A stretch of 64,000 nucleotides of DNA from the NCBI GenBank assembly GCA_964390845.1, contig CAYMIL010000001.1, positions 178,448 through 242,447 on the forward strand, written 5' to 3'. Below the pieces are notes generated by a model. The model did not search any database, had not been told where the DNA came from, and was given only the letters and a program-made list of their open reading frames with translations. A program made the position numbers and the translations under genes. Source of the stretch: an uncultured Candidatus Saccharibacteria bacterium. GTDB taxonomy: Bacteria > Patescibacteriota > Minisyncoccia > Phycocordibacterales > CALRHW01. This document shows positions 1 through 13,106 of the stretch, piece after piece. The number at the start of each line of letters is the position of its first letter. The stretch's first letter is position 1.

Positions 1-609
1 ATTTCCCTCTTGAATCAAATCAAGAAGCGTAAGGTCGGGACTACGACCGACATATTTTTTTGCAATAGACACTACGAGTCGAAGGTTTGATCGTGCGAGC
101 AAATTTTTTGCCTCCTGATCACCTTTCTCAATACGCTTTGCAAGCTCTTTCTCCTGCCCTCCGGAAATGAGCGGGTACTGACCGATTTCTTTCAAATACA
201 TCTGAATCGAATCATACGGCGACCCCTCACCTTTGTTATATGTATATTTTTTTATTGTTGGATCATCTGCGGGATCCTTTGCATCAAGCAAGCCACCTCC
301 TTCGAGAATATCAATACCTGCAGTCGCGAGCTTCGCGTATAAATCGTCGAGAAACATAATATCCTCCTCGACGGTCGGAAACTCTTTGAGAATTTCATCG
401 TATGTAACAAAACCACGCGCACGGCCTTTTGTCAGGAGCTGTTTTACACCCTGCTCAAGTTTCTGCGTCTTTTTTGCAGATGGCGCAGACGCCGTTTCTT
501 TCTTGCGTGCTGGAGCTGACTTTTTCGCTTTCACAGGCTTCTTCTTTGAAGATGTTTTCACCTTCTTCACCTGTTTCTTTTTTGAAATTGTCTTCTTTTT
601 TTTCTTCAT
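1..609 (-). CDS. rpoD: RNA polymerase sigma-70 factor RpoD, N-terminal part; the gene continues past the left edge of the window
   Basis: Manual reverse translation of 1..609 gives MKKKKTISKKKQVKK...DSIQMYLKEIGQYPLISGGQEKELAKRIEKGDQEAKNLLARSNLRLVVSIAKKYVGRSPDLTLLDLIQEGN. This matches sigma-70 regions 1.2-2.2. The ATG at 609 lies 19 nt downstream of the dnaG stop. Confidence 0.9.
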   Translation of the reverse strand, partial: MKKKKKTISKKKQVKKVKTSSKKKPVKAKKSAPARKKETASAPSAKKTQKLEQGVKQLLTKGRARGFVTYDEILKEFPTVEEDIMFLDDLYAKLATAGIDILEGGGLLDAKDPADDPTIKKYTYNKGEGSPYDSIQMYLKEIGQYPLISGGQEKELAKRIEKGDQEAKNLLARSNLRLVVSIAKKYVGRSPDLTLLDLIQEGN

Positions 610-627
610 ATTGATTTTGTATACACG

Positions 628-2355
628 TTATGTTTTTCTTCCCCTGACTGCAATTTTTCGCGATAACTCCTGACACTCTGCGAGCAACTTCTCAACACGC
701 GGACCATCTTTGTCCCGCTCGGCCGCATGCAAAGCGGCCATTGCTTTTGCGAAACGATCCTTCAAACGCTCTTCTTCCAAATTTCCCAACAGTTCATCAA
801 CATCTTGGACAAGGTCGGCGCTTGTGCCGTAATATGCCTCTGCCTCAAAGATGAGTTCACTTGTCTCATTTTCTGTTACTGTATAGAGCTCCCGCACATC
901 CTCCTCACCCACAATTGCTGTCAGGCGCTCTACAATGGAAGCCGGATTGACGGTGGGATGTGCTACACTTTCTTGCCACAACTTCACACCAAGCGCGCGT
1001 TTTTCAAGCGCATACTTTCTGAATGTTGGGCTTGCTTGTCGCTCGTACTGCACACCGCTGGCAGGTGTTGTTGTCGCGTTTGGTGTAGCGCGCGCGAGCT
1101 TTTTGAGATCTTCCCACACAGACGCTTCATTGATTCCCGTTGCGTGCGCAACACGCGACACGAAATGCGCTTGCTCTATGGCGCTGTCGAGCATATTAAT
1201 GTACGGCAAGACCGAATGCTGTATTTCCTTCCCCATTACACGCGCATCAAGTTTTTTATCTACAAGCGTCTGAAGATAGAAATCGATAATATGCATCGAG
1301 TTTTTCAGCGCGTGAGACCACTCCGATGGGCGTTCGCGGAGCATTTCCGCGGGATCGCTCCCTTTTGGTAGTAACGCAACTTTCACTTCCATTCCGAGGG
1401 ACAATGCAAGCTGTGCACTTTTATTTGCCGCAGAAAAACCTGCGCCATCGGCATCAAACGCAAGGACAATTCTGTTGGATAAACGTTTGAGCTTTTCGAG
1501 ATGAGCGGAAGTAAAAGCGGTACCAGAGGACGCGACCGTATTTCCAAACCCCGCCTGATGAGCCATCACTAAATCCATCTGACCCTCAACAAGAATCGAG
1601 TAATCTTTCCGACGAATATCTGTTTTTGCTTTATGCAAACCATACAACGTCTCGGATTTATTGAACAATACTGTTTCTGGTGTATTAAGATATTTTGCAG
1701 ATTTTCCATCATCAACAAGAATACGACCAGAGAAAGCTATCACGCGACCAGAGGTGTCGAATATCGGGAACATGACGCGACCACGAAACACATCGTAGTA
1801 TTCACCTGGGCGTTTTTCACTCTTTTTAATGAGTCCCACTTTCTCCATCTCAGGCTTTGTAAAACCTTTAGTGAGTAAGAAATCGTGGAGAGACTGCCAT
1901 TCAAGCGGAGCATACCCGATATGCCATGCTTGAAGCGTATCTTCCGACACGCCTCGCCCGAGCACATACTGACGTGCGGGTGGCGTATCAGACAACGTCT
2001 TTTGGAAAAAGAACATCGCTTGCTCAAGGGCAGCATACAGACGATCTTTTTCACTGCGCTCTCGAGGGTTGATGTGCTCGAGTGTTACACCCGCGCGCGC
2101 GGCAAGCATCGAAAGCGCACCGCGAAAATCTACACCCTCAAACTCTTGCACAAACGTGAAGATATCTCCTTTTGCCCCACAGCCGAAGCAATAATATGTA
2201 CCTCGATCCGGTGAGATAAAGAATGACGGTGTCTTTTCGTTGTGGAATGGACACTTCGCACGGAAATTGCCTCCGGCTTTCTCGAGCTTAATATATGACG
2301 CGAGAACGTCAGCAATTCCCAATTTTTCTTTTATGAGATCGACGGATGAGGACAT
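628..2355 (-). CDS. dnaG: DNA primase DnaG
   Basis: 575 aa with the CHC2 zinc finger (CPFHNEKTPSF...YYCFGCGAKGD) and a Toprim core (LVEGQMDLV...FDADGAG). Confidence 0.93.
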   Translation of the reverse strand: MSSSVDLIKEKLGIADVLASYIKLEKAGGNFRAKCPFHNEKTPSFFISPDRGTYYCFGCGAKGDIFTFVQEFEGVDFRGALSMLAARAGVTLEHINPRERSEKDRLYAALEQAMFFFQKTLSDTPPARQYVLGRGVSEDTLQAWHIGYAPLEWQSLHDFLLTKGFTKPEMEKVGLIKKSEKRPGEYYDVFRGRVMFPIFDTSGRVIAFSGRILVDDGKSAKYLNTPETVLFNKSETLYGLHKAKTDIRRKDYSILVEGQMDLVMAHQAGFGNTVASSGTAFTSAHLEKLKRLSNRIVLAFDADGAGFSAANKSAQLALSLGMEVKVALLPKGSDPAEMLRERPSEWSHALKNSMHIIDFYLQTLVDKKLDARVMGKEIQHSVLPYINMLDSAIEQAHFVSRVAHATGINEASVWEDLKKLARATPNATTTPASGVQYERQASPTFRKYALEKRALGVKLWQESVAHPTVNPASIVERLTAIVGEEDVRELYTVTENETSELIFEAEAYYGTSADLVQDVDELLGNLEEERLKDRFAKAMAALHAAERDKDGPRVEKLLAECQELSRKIAVRGRKT

Positions 2356-2399
2356 ATGGTATTACCCTTATCGCACACCGCACGAACCGTCACGTACAC

Positions 2400-6062
<3,663 letters not shown>

Positions 6063-6083
6063 GGTGATAGATATTACGCGATA

Positions 6084-9000
6084 TTATGCTTCGTCTTCTT
6101 CTGTTGGTTCCGACCTTTGATCTTTTCCGAGCTCGATATCCAAACCAATACCTCGCAAGTTGTTGAGAAGCACGCTAAACGATGCTGGTGTGTTTGGCTC
6201 ACCAATCTTTTCACCCTTCACGATAGAATCAAATGTCGCTGAGCGTCCGATGATGTCGTCGGACTTCACCGTAAGCATTTCTCGAAGTGTGTGTGCCACA
6301 CCGTGTCCAAGAAGCGCCCAGACTTCCATTTCTCCAAATCGCTGACCTCCACCCTGTGCTTTTCCACCAAGTGGCTGTTGAGTAATGAGAGAGTATGGAC
6401 CAATAGAACGCATGTGGATTTTGTCCTCAACCATGTGATGCAACTTGAGAATATACATGTAACCCACTGCAATTTCCTGATCAAACGGCATACCTGTTCG
6501 TCCGTCAAAGAGTTTCATCTTTCCGCTTTCCTGGAAACCTGCCTTTACAAGCTCTGCCTTAATCTCCTTATCAGTCGCTCCAGCAAATGGAGGAACGATT
6601 GCTTGGTAGTTGAGTGTGTTTGCCGCGAGACCAAGGTGAAGCTCAAGAATCTGTCCGAGGTTCATTCGAGACGGCACACCGAGTGGTGTAAGGATAATGT
6701 CGATAGGAGTTCCGTCCGCCATGTATGGCATATCCTCAACAGGAAGAATGCGAGAGATAACACCCTTGTTACCGTGTCGTCCTGCAAGTTTATCTCCCAC
6801 AGACACAGATCGAAGCTGGGCAACTTCAATATGAATTCGCTTGATGATGCCAGACTCGAGCTTGTCACCCTTTTCTCGTGAGAATACCTGAACATTGATA
6901 ACACGACCTCGCTTTCCACCCTCCATGCGCTTAGATGTATCTTTTACATCACGCGCTTTCTCTCCAAAGAGAGATCGGAGCAAACGCTCTTCTGGTGTAA
7001 GCTGTGTTTCACCTTTTGGTGTAATCTTTCCAACAAGAATGTCGCCCGGTCGCACTTCTGCACCAATCTGGATGATACCGTCTTCAGCAAGATTCTTGAG
7101 CTTTGATTCTCCAACGTTTGGAATATCACATGTTGTTACTTCTGGTCCGAGCTTTGTGTCACGTACATTAACAACAAACTCTTCGATATGAATTGAGGAA
7201 AACTTACTCTCTTTTACAAGGCGCTCAGAAACAATAATCGCGTCTTCGTAGTTTGAACCAGACCATGACATAAACGCGACCAAAATGTTTTGGCCAAGTG
7301 CCATCTGTCCCTTGTCACTTGAAGATGTGTCTGCAATAACATCACCCTTCTTTACTTTGTCTCCAAGGTTTACGCTCGGTCGCTGATAAAACGCAGTAAA
7401 GCCGTTTGTTCGTGAGAAGTTTACAAGCTTGTACTCCTTCTCCTTACCTTTTTCATTTTTTATAACAATGTGTTTTGAGTCTACCGCAGTAACCACACCA
7501 CCCTCCGTTGCGAGCACGAGTCGTCCTGTGTCCATCGCCGCTCTATCTTCAATACCTGTCGCAACAAGCGGTGCCTCTGGAACAATACATGGAGTCGCCT
7601 GCTTCTGCATGTTCGATCCCATGAGTGCTCGGTTTGCATCGTCGTGGTTGAGGAATGGAATCATTGATGTCGCTGCAGAAAACGCCTGATTTGTAGATAC
7701 ATCAATAAAATCTACCTGGTCTTTTGGAACAAGTCCTGGCTTGCCTTTAATGCGCACCTCAACGTTGTCTTCGATAATAGTTCCCTTATCGTCGTATGCA
7801 GTCGAAGCGTGAGAAATCTTGTACATCTCTTCCTCAAGTGCGTTCATGTACACAACCTCTCCTGTTACTCGTCCATTCTTTACCTTTACATATGGAGTTT
7901 CGATCATGCCAAACTCGTTGATACGCGCATACAAACCAAGTCGCAAGATAAGACCGATGTTTGGACCTTCAGGAGTGTGGATAGGACAAAGTCGACCATA
8001 ATGAGATGGATGCACGTCACGCACTTCAAATCCAGCGCGAGCACGATTCAAACCACCAGGGCCGAGCGCAGAGAGTGTGCGAAGATGCTCGAGCTCTTCA
8101 AGACCGTTGGTCTGCTGCATAAACTGTGAGAGCTGGTTTGTTGTGAAGAACTCTTTGATTCGAGCCTGTAGAGGTTTTGGACTAATGAACTGCACTGGGA
8201 GTGTAACATCAGTATCAACAGTCGACATTCGGTTTTGAATGTTTCGCTTGATCTGCGCCATACCCATGCGGATTTTTTGCTGGAACAATTCACCGACGTA
8301 TCGCACACGACGTGAACCAAGATGATCAATATCATCTTCGGTAGCCCCCGGAGTATTGTTGAGGGTAATCATATGAGACACGATAGTCTCAAGGTCGCTG
8401 AGAGAAATAGTCTTTCGGCCGAGCTCCTTCGCATCGAGAGATTTCTCAAATCGCTGATTAAATCGGAATCGTCCTACGCGAGAAAGGTCGTATCGCTCGT
8501 CGCTGAAAATAGAGTGTACGAACTCTTTTGCGTTTTCTACTGCCGCAAGGTCGCCGTCGCGAAGCTTTTTGTAAATCTCAACATATGCTTCATCGAGGCT
8601 CTTTGCATGATCTTTTGCAATAGACTTTTCAAGATAGTGTTTTGCAAATTCATTACCTTTGCAGAGAGCAAGAATGTCTTTGTCTGTGTGAGCACCGAGA
8701 ACGCGAAGAAGAGACGCGACGGAGAATTTTCGCTTCTTATCAACACGAACATAGATAACGCCATCAGCGTCAGTTTCAATTTCAATCCATGCGCCGCGAG
8801 ATGGGATAATTTTCGCGCCGAATAGAGTTTTGCCTTTTACTTCTTGTGAAGTAAAGAATACACCAAATGATCGTGCGAGCTGTGGCACGATAACACGCTC
8901 AATACCACTGATAATAAACGTACCGTGGTCTGTCATAAGCGGGAAATCCGCGAGGAAAATCTCCTGCTCTTTTGTCGTCTTCAAAATGTGGTTCGTGAGC

Positions 9001-9287
9001 TTCACTCGTACCTTAAGTGGAGCTTCATACGACATCTTGTTGTTCTTTGCAAAATACTCATCAAACTTTGGCGCAGAAAGCTCAAAGCCTGTGAAATCAA
9101 GCTGAAACTTTTTCTCTGTATAATCCTTAATTGATGAAAATTCATCAAATACTTCCTTCAAACCCTTCTCGATAAGCCAGTTGAAAGACATCAACTGTGA
9201 CTCTACAAGATTTGGAAGCTCAGCCAGTGGTTTTTTGAACCGGCTGAAATACTTCTTCTCTCGCGGACCTGCAGCGTGTGTATGCAT
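6084..9287 (-). CDS. rpoB: DNA-directed RNA polymerase subunit beta
   Basis: 1067 aa with hallmark RpoB motifs; it lies immediately upstream of rpoC on the same strand. Confidence 0.97.
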   Translation of the reverse strand: MHTHAAGPREKKYFSRFKKPLAELPNLVESQLMSFNWLIEKGLKEVFDEFSSIKDYTEKKFQLDFTGFELSAPKFDEYFAKNNKMSYEAPLKVRVKLTNHILKTTKEQEIFLADFPLMTDHGTFIISGIERVIVPQLARSFGVFFTSQEVKGKTLFGAKIIPSRGAWIEIETDADGVIYVRVDKKRKFSVASLLRVLGAHTDKDILALCKGNEFAKHYLEKSIAKDHAKSLDEAYVEIYKKLRDGDLAAVENAKEFVHSIFSDERYDLSRVGRFRFNQRFEKSLDAKELGRKTISLSDLETIVSHMITLNNTPGATEDDIDHLGSRRVRYVGELFQQKIRMGMAQIKRNIQNRMSTVDTDVTLPVQFISPKPLQARIKEFFTTNQLSQFMQQTNGLEELEHLRTLSALGPGGLNRARAGFEVRDVHPSHYGRLCPIHTPEGPNIGLILRLGLYARINEFGMIETPYVKVKNGRVTGEVVYMNALEEEMYKISHASTAYDDKGTIIEDNVEVRIKGKPGLVPKDQVDFIDVSTNQAFSAATSMIPFLNHDDANRALMGSNMQKQATPCIVPEAPLVATGIEDRAAMDTGRLVLATEGGVVTAVDSKHIVIKNEKGKEKEYKLVNFSRTNGFTAFYQRPSVNLGDKVKKGDVIADTSSSDKGQMALGQNILVAFMSWSGSNYEDAIIVSERLVKESKFSSIHIEEFVVNVRDTKLGPEVTTCDIPNVGESKLKNLAEDGIIQIGAEVRPGDILVGKITPKGETQLTPEERLLRSLFGEKARDVKDTSKRMEGGKRGRVINVQVFSREKGDKLESGIIKRIHIEVAQLRSVSVGDKLAGRHGNKGVISRILPVEDMPYMADGTPIDIILTPLGVPSRMNLGQILELHLGLAANTLNYQAIVPPFAGATDKEIKAELVKAGFQESGKMKLFDGRTGMPFDQEIAVGYMYILKLHHMVEDKIHMRSIGPYSLITQQPLGGKAQGGGQRFGEMEVWALLGHGVAHTLREMLTVKSDDIIGRSATFDSIVKGEKIGEPNTPASFSVLLNNLRGIGLDIELGKDQRSEPTEEDEA

Positions 9288-9509
9288 GTTGTATGTGATT
9301 ATTAAAAACTAACAAAAAACCAAAAACCCACCTCTTGTGAAGGTGTTTTGCTTATCCCGTCCCCCTTATTTATTGTATGTAGGCAAGATTCGCGTTAAAT
9401 ACAATTACTAAACCATTGCATTTTTCCCCCGTTACTCAATCTTGTGCAATCGCGGTGATTCTATACCAATACCCGTTTTTTGTCAAAGGGGGTGTGGATA
9501 GTAAAATCC

Positions 9510-10175
9510 TTATTTTTTACCACCCTTTTTCATGCGAGAGGCTCGCCACTCGTCTATTTTTGCGTGATTGCCAGAGAGAAGGATTTTTGGCACACGATAT
9601 TTTTTACCTTTATATTCGAGCACTTCTGGACGAGTATACACATCTGGGCTCGCCACCCGAGTTTCTTCAAGGGACGCAATATCGCCGAGCACGCCCTGCA
9701 CCTGACGAGCAATACAATCGATCATTACCATTGCAGGCAATTCTCCACCCGTAAGTACAAATGGTCCCACAGACACATCCTCCATCTTAAACATTTTTTT
9801 TACACGCGCATCGATGCCTTCGTATCTACCAGACACGATAACAATATCTGTATATTTTTTTACAGTTGTCTTTGCATACTCGTTTGTAAACTGCGTACCG
9901 CTTGGAGAAAGAAACACTATTTTAAAACGCTTTTTAGGCGACTTCTTACCAACAGCTTTTGCGATTGCTTTCACGACCGGCAACGCCTGAATCACCATAC
10001 CTGGGCCACCGCCATAGGGTTTCTGGTCGATGTGTTTCCATTTGTTATCAGAAAAATCCCGTGGATTATAAAACTTCACGCGGATTTTTTTGTCTTCAAT
10101 AGCACGCTTAACAATAGACTCGCTGAGGTACGAGTCGAATGCTCCTGGAAATAATGTAACAATATGAAATGTCAT
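9510..10175 (-). CDS. trmD: tRNA (guanine37-N1)-methyltransferase TrmD
   Basis: SPOUT fold motifs (HIVTLFPG...YGGGPGMV...GRYEGID). The start is probably the internal Met (MTFHIV) rather than the first M of the ORF. Confidence 0.9.
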   Translation of the reverse strand: MTFHIVTLFPGAFDSYLSESIVKRAIEDKKIRVKFYNPRDFSDNKWKHIDQKPYGGGPGMVIQALPVVKAIAKAVGKKSPKKRFKIVFLSPSGTQFTNEYAKTTVKKYTDIVIVSGRYEGIDARVKKMFKMEDVSVGPFVLTGGELPAMVMIDCIARQVQGVLGDIASLEETRVASPDVYTRPEVLEYKGKKYRVPKILLSGNHAKIDEWRASRMKKGGKK

Positions 10176-10235
10176 ATACAAAAAATCGTGACACAACAGT
10201 ATCACGATTTTTTGATTTTGTATAGACCGTTCTCC

Positions 10236-10553
10236 TTAGAGCTTCAAGTCTTCCATCGCCTCATCAACAGTCTTTGATGCACGAGGCTGTTCACTCTTCA
10301 TGCCACCTTCTGGCTCGTTGATCTTGAGATTAACACGAGCGTTATTCTTCATTCCAACTACTCGTAGAAGAGTTCGGATAGCCTTGGCCGTGTTACCCTC
10401 TCGGCCAATAATTTTACCCATATCAGCTGGGTTAACATCGAGGTTCATAAGAACACCCATTTCATCAACCGTTCGCTTAATCTTTACGTCGTTTGGATTG
10501 TCTACCAACGCCTTCACTACATATTCTAGAAACTGCGCGTCTTGTTCTTGCAT
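10236..10553 (-). CDS. KH-domain RNA-binding protein (YlqC/UPF0109 family)
   Basis: 105 aa with the GxxG KH signature (IGREGNTAKAIRTLL). It sits in the conserved rpsP-KH-trmD position. Confidence 0.8.
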   Translation of the reverse strand: MQEQDAQFLEYVVKALVDNPNDVKIKRTVDEMGVLMNLDVNPADMGKIIGREGNTAKAIRTLLRVVGMKNNARVNLKINEPEGGMKSEQPRASKTVDEAMEDLKL

Positions 10554-10663
10554 ATTCGTATTGGGAAACTGATTGTATTTCTTCTGGTAATCACACGACT
10601 AAATACAATAATAATTGTACAACGGGTGTAGTAGCCGTCAACGAATAACTATTGGAAGTAGGC

Positions 10664-11053
10664 TTATGCCGCAGGGGTTTCTGCTGGAGTTTCTGCTGGC
10701 GCTTCCGCAGGAACTTCTGGAGCTGGAGTTGATGCCTCTGGTGCAGGAGTAGCTTCTACTGCGCCCTCTTTAAGGATAGGCTTTTTCTTTGGAAGTACGT
10801 TTACTTTCTTTCCAGAAATAACACCCTTTTCTACGAGAATATTGTGCACTGTACCTGAGAGCTGAGCGCCCTGTCCAAGCCAGTATGAGATACGATCTTT
10901 GTTGAACTCAACCTTCTCGCCACGTCGCGCATCGTATGCACCAAGCACCTCAAGAGACTTACCGCTCTTTGGGCCGTTTTTTGAGTCAGTAAGAACGAGT
11001 CGGAATACCGGTTCATGCACTCGTCCTACACGCTGTAATCGAATTTTTAACAT
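10664..11053 (-). CDS. rpsP: 30S ribosomal protein S16 with a C-terminal low-complexity P/A/E/T-rich extension
   Basis: MLKIRLQRVGRVHEPVFRLV... is canonical S16. The C-terminal ~35 residues are PAPEASTPAPEVPAEAPAETPAETPAA repeats. The start is taken at the internal Met. Confidence 0.9.
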   Translation of the reverse strand: MLKIRLQRVGRVHEPVFRLVLTDSKNGPKSGKSLEVLGAYDARRGEKVEFNKDRISYWLGQGAQLSGTVHNILVEKGVISGKKVNVLPKKKPILKEGAVEATPAPEASTPAPEVPAEAPAETPAETPAA

Positions 11054-11136
11054 GGCGGTTATCTTACCAGAAGGCTTTAAAATGGTCAAACTGCTCTGTT
11101 CCCGTTTCCCGCGTAATCTGCTATAGTGGGAGCGTA

Positions 11137-13074
11137 ATGAAAACTACAGAAAAGACCGGCGACCGGGTCCGAGGGATTATCAAACTTTCCGGTAAAGCAA
11201 TAGGTTACGTTCAGGTTGAGGGGTTTGAGGAAGATATAGAAATTCAATCAAGCGTGCTCAAAACCGCTCTCAATGGCGACGAAGTCGAGATTGAGATTCT
11301 TCCTGCTATCGACGGGCAACGACGACAAGGCCAGGTCCTCAAAATCGTTAAGCGCGCAAAAATGGGCTTTGTGGGCGTACTGGAAAAAGACGGGAATCGC
11401 TTTTTTATGATTCCCGACGACCGACGGCTCTATCGCGACATCTTGATCCCTGCTGACAAACTCAACGGCGCCCAAAACGGAGAAAAAATCTACATAAAAA
11501 TCACGTCATGGAAAGACGAAAGTAGTAACCCAGAAGGCGAGGTGCTTCGTGTGCTTGGAAAAAAGGGTGAGCACAATGTGGAGATGGAATCCATCATTTT
11601 CGAAAAAGGTTTTGATACTACATTTCCGCCAGAAGTTGAGGAAGAGGCAGAAACTGTCGCTGAGCTTGAACGCGAACGCTTTGCAGAAGAAGTTGCCCGA
11701 CGAAAAGATTTTCGCGAGACAACCACATTCACTATCGACCCTGTCGACGCAAAAGATTTCGACGACGCGATTTCTCTCAAACGTCTCCCCGACGGAAATC
11801 TTGAAATAGGCGTACATATCGCAGATGTATCGCACTTTGTAACCGAAGGCAGTATCCTCGACAAAGAGGCACGTAAGCGAGGTTTTTCTGTATATCTCGT
11901 CGATCGCACGATTCCGATGCTTCCAGAGGTCCTTTCAAACGACATGTGTAGCCTCAACCCACACGAAGACAAGTTTGCATTTTCTTCTGTGTTTACCATC
12001 ACTCCCCAAGGAGAGATTATAAACCGATGGTTTGGAAAGACGGTCATCAATTCAGACAAGCGTTTCACCTACGAGGAGGCTCAAGAATCACTCAACACAA
12101 AAAGTGGTCCCCATTACGAAGACCTCAACACACTCAACACACTTGCAAAAATCTTTCAGGAGGCACGTTACCGAAATGGTGCTATCGACTTTGAAACAGA
12201 AGAAGTGAAGTTTGAACTTGATGTACACGGTGTACCAGTGCGTGTGTATCGAAAAGAACGTCTCGACACTCACCGACTCGTTGAAGAATACATGCTTCTT
12301 GCAAATCGCGAGGTGGCTGAGTTTATTTTCAAAGCAAATAGCAAAAATAGACACCAGCCATCGTTTATCTATCGAATCCACGACCTTCCTAATCGTGAAA
12401 AACTTGCCGACCTCGCTATTTTCCTCAAAGCACTCGGGTACGACCTCAAGCTCAAAGATGGCCTTACAACCTCAAAAGAAATCTCAGCGATGCTAAAGCG
12501 CATCAACGGAAGTCCCGCTGAATCACTTATCAAAACAGCAACAATCCGTTCGATGGCAAAAGCGGTGTATTCTACAAAAAATATCGGCCACTTTGGACTT
12601 GGTTTTGAGTACTACACACACTTCACTTCACCAATTCGACGCTACCCAGACCTCATCGTACACAGACTTCTTGAACGCGAGCTCATTAATGGAAAAATCG
12701 AGCAAAACGAATTTGCAAAATATGAACGCATCGCGATGGACACATCGGAAAAAGAAATCGCTGCGGCAGAAGCAGAGCGAGCGTCGGTAAAGTACAAGCA
12801 AGTTGAATACATGAGTAAGCGCATTGGCGCGGAGTTCAACGGTACAATTTCCGGCCTTACTGAATGGGGTATCTATGTCGAAGAAGCTGAAACAAAATGT
12901 GAAGGAATGATCAAGCTACGCGACCTGAAGGGCGACACCTTTGAGCTCGACGAGAAAAATTATGCGATTGTGGGAGCACGCACTGGGAAAAAATATTCGC
13001 TTGGAGATAAGATTCGTTTTAAGGTCGCGGCGGCTGACCTCGACAGAAAAACACTTGATTATACGATGATCTAA
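11137..13074 (+). CDS. rnr: Ribonuclease R / RNase II-family exoribonuclease (cold-shock N-domains, RNB catalytic domain, C-terminal S1)
   Basis: 645 aa. The RNB motifs are present (DPVDAKDFDDAISL; HFGLGFEYYTHFTSPIRRYPDL) and the C-terminus has an S1 fold. Confidence 0.9.
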   Translation: MKTTEKTGDRVRGIIKLSGKAIGYVQVEGFEEDIEIQSSVLKTALNGDEVEIEILPAIDGQRRQGQVLKIVKRAKMGFVGVLEKDGNRFFMIPDDRRLYRDILIPADKLNGAQNGEKIYIKITSWKDESSNPEGEVLRVLGKKGEHNVEMESIIFEKGFDTTFPPEVEEEAETVAELERERFAEEVARRKDFRETTTFTIDPVDAKDFDDAISLKRLPDGNLEIGVHIADVSHFVTEGSILDKEARKRGFSVYLVDRTIPMLPEVLSNDMCSLNPHEDKFAFSSVFTITPQGEIINRWFGKTVINSDKRFTYEEAQESLNTKSGPHYEDLNTLNTLAKIFQEARYRNGAIDFETEEVKFELDVHGVPVRVYRKERLDTHRLVEEYMLLANREVAEFIFKANSKNRHQPSFIYRIHDLPNREKLADLAIFLKALGYDLKLKDGLTTSKEISAMLKRINGSPAESLIKTATIRSMAKAVYSTKNIGHFGLGFEYYTHFTSPIRRYPDLIVHRLLERELINGKIEQNEFAKYERIAMDTSEKEIAAAEAERASVKYKQVEYMSKRIGAEFNGTISGLTEWGIYVEEAETKCEGMIKLRDLKGDTFELDEKNYAIVGARTGKKYSLGDKIRFKVAAADLDRKTLDYTMI

Positions 13075-13075
13075 A

Positions 13076-13106
13076 TAAAACCCCCGAGTGCTCGGGGGTT
13101 TTATTT
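13076..13106. terminator. Bidirectional intrinsic terminator between rnr (+) and smc (-)
   Basis: aaaaCCCCCGAGtgCTCGGGGGtttt. The GC stem is flanked by an A-run and a T-run. Confidence 0.8.
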
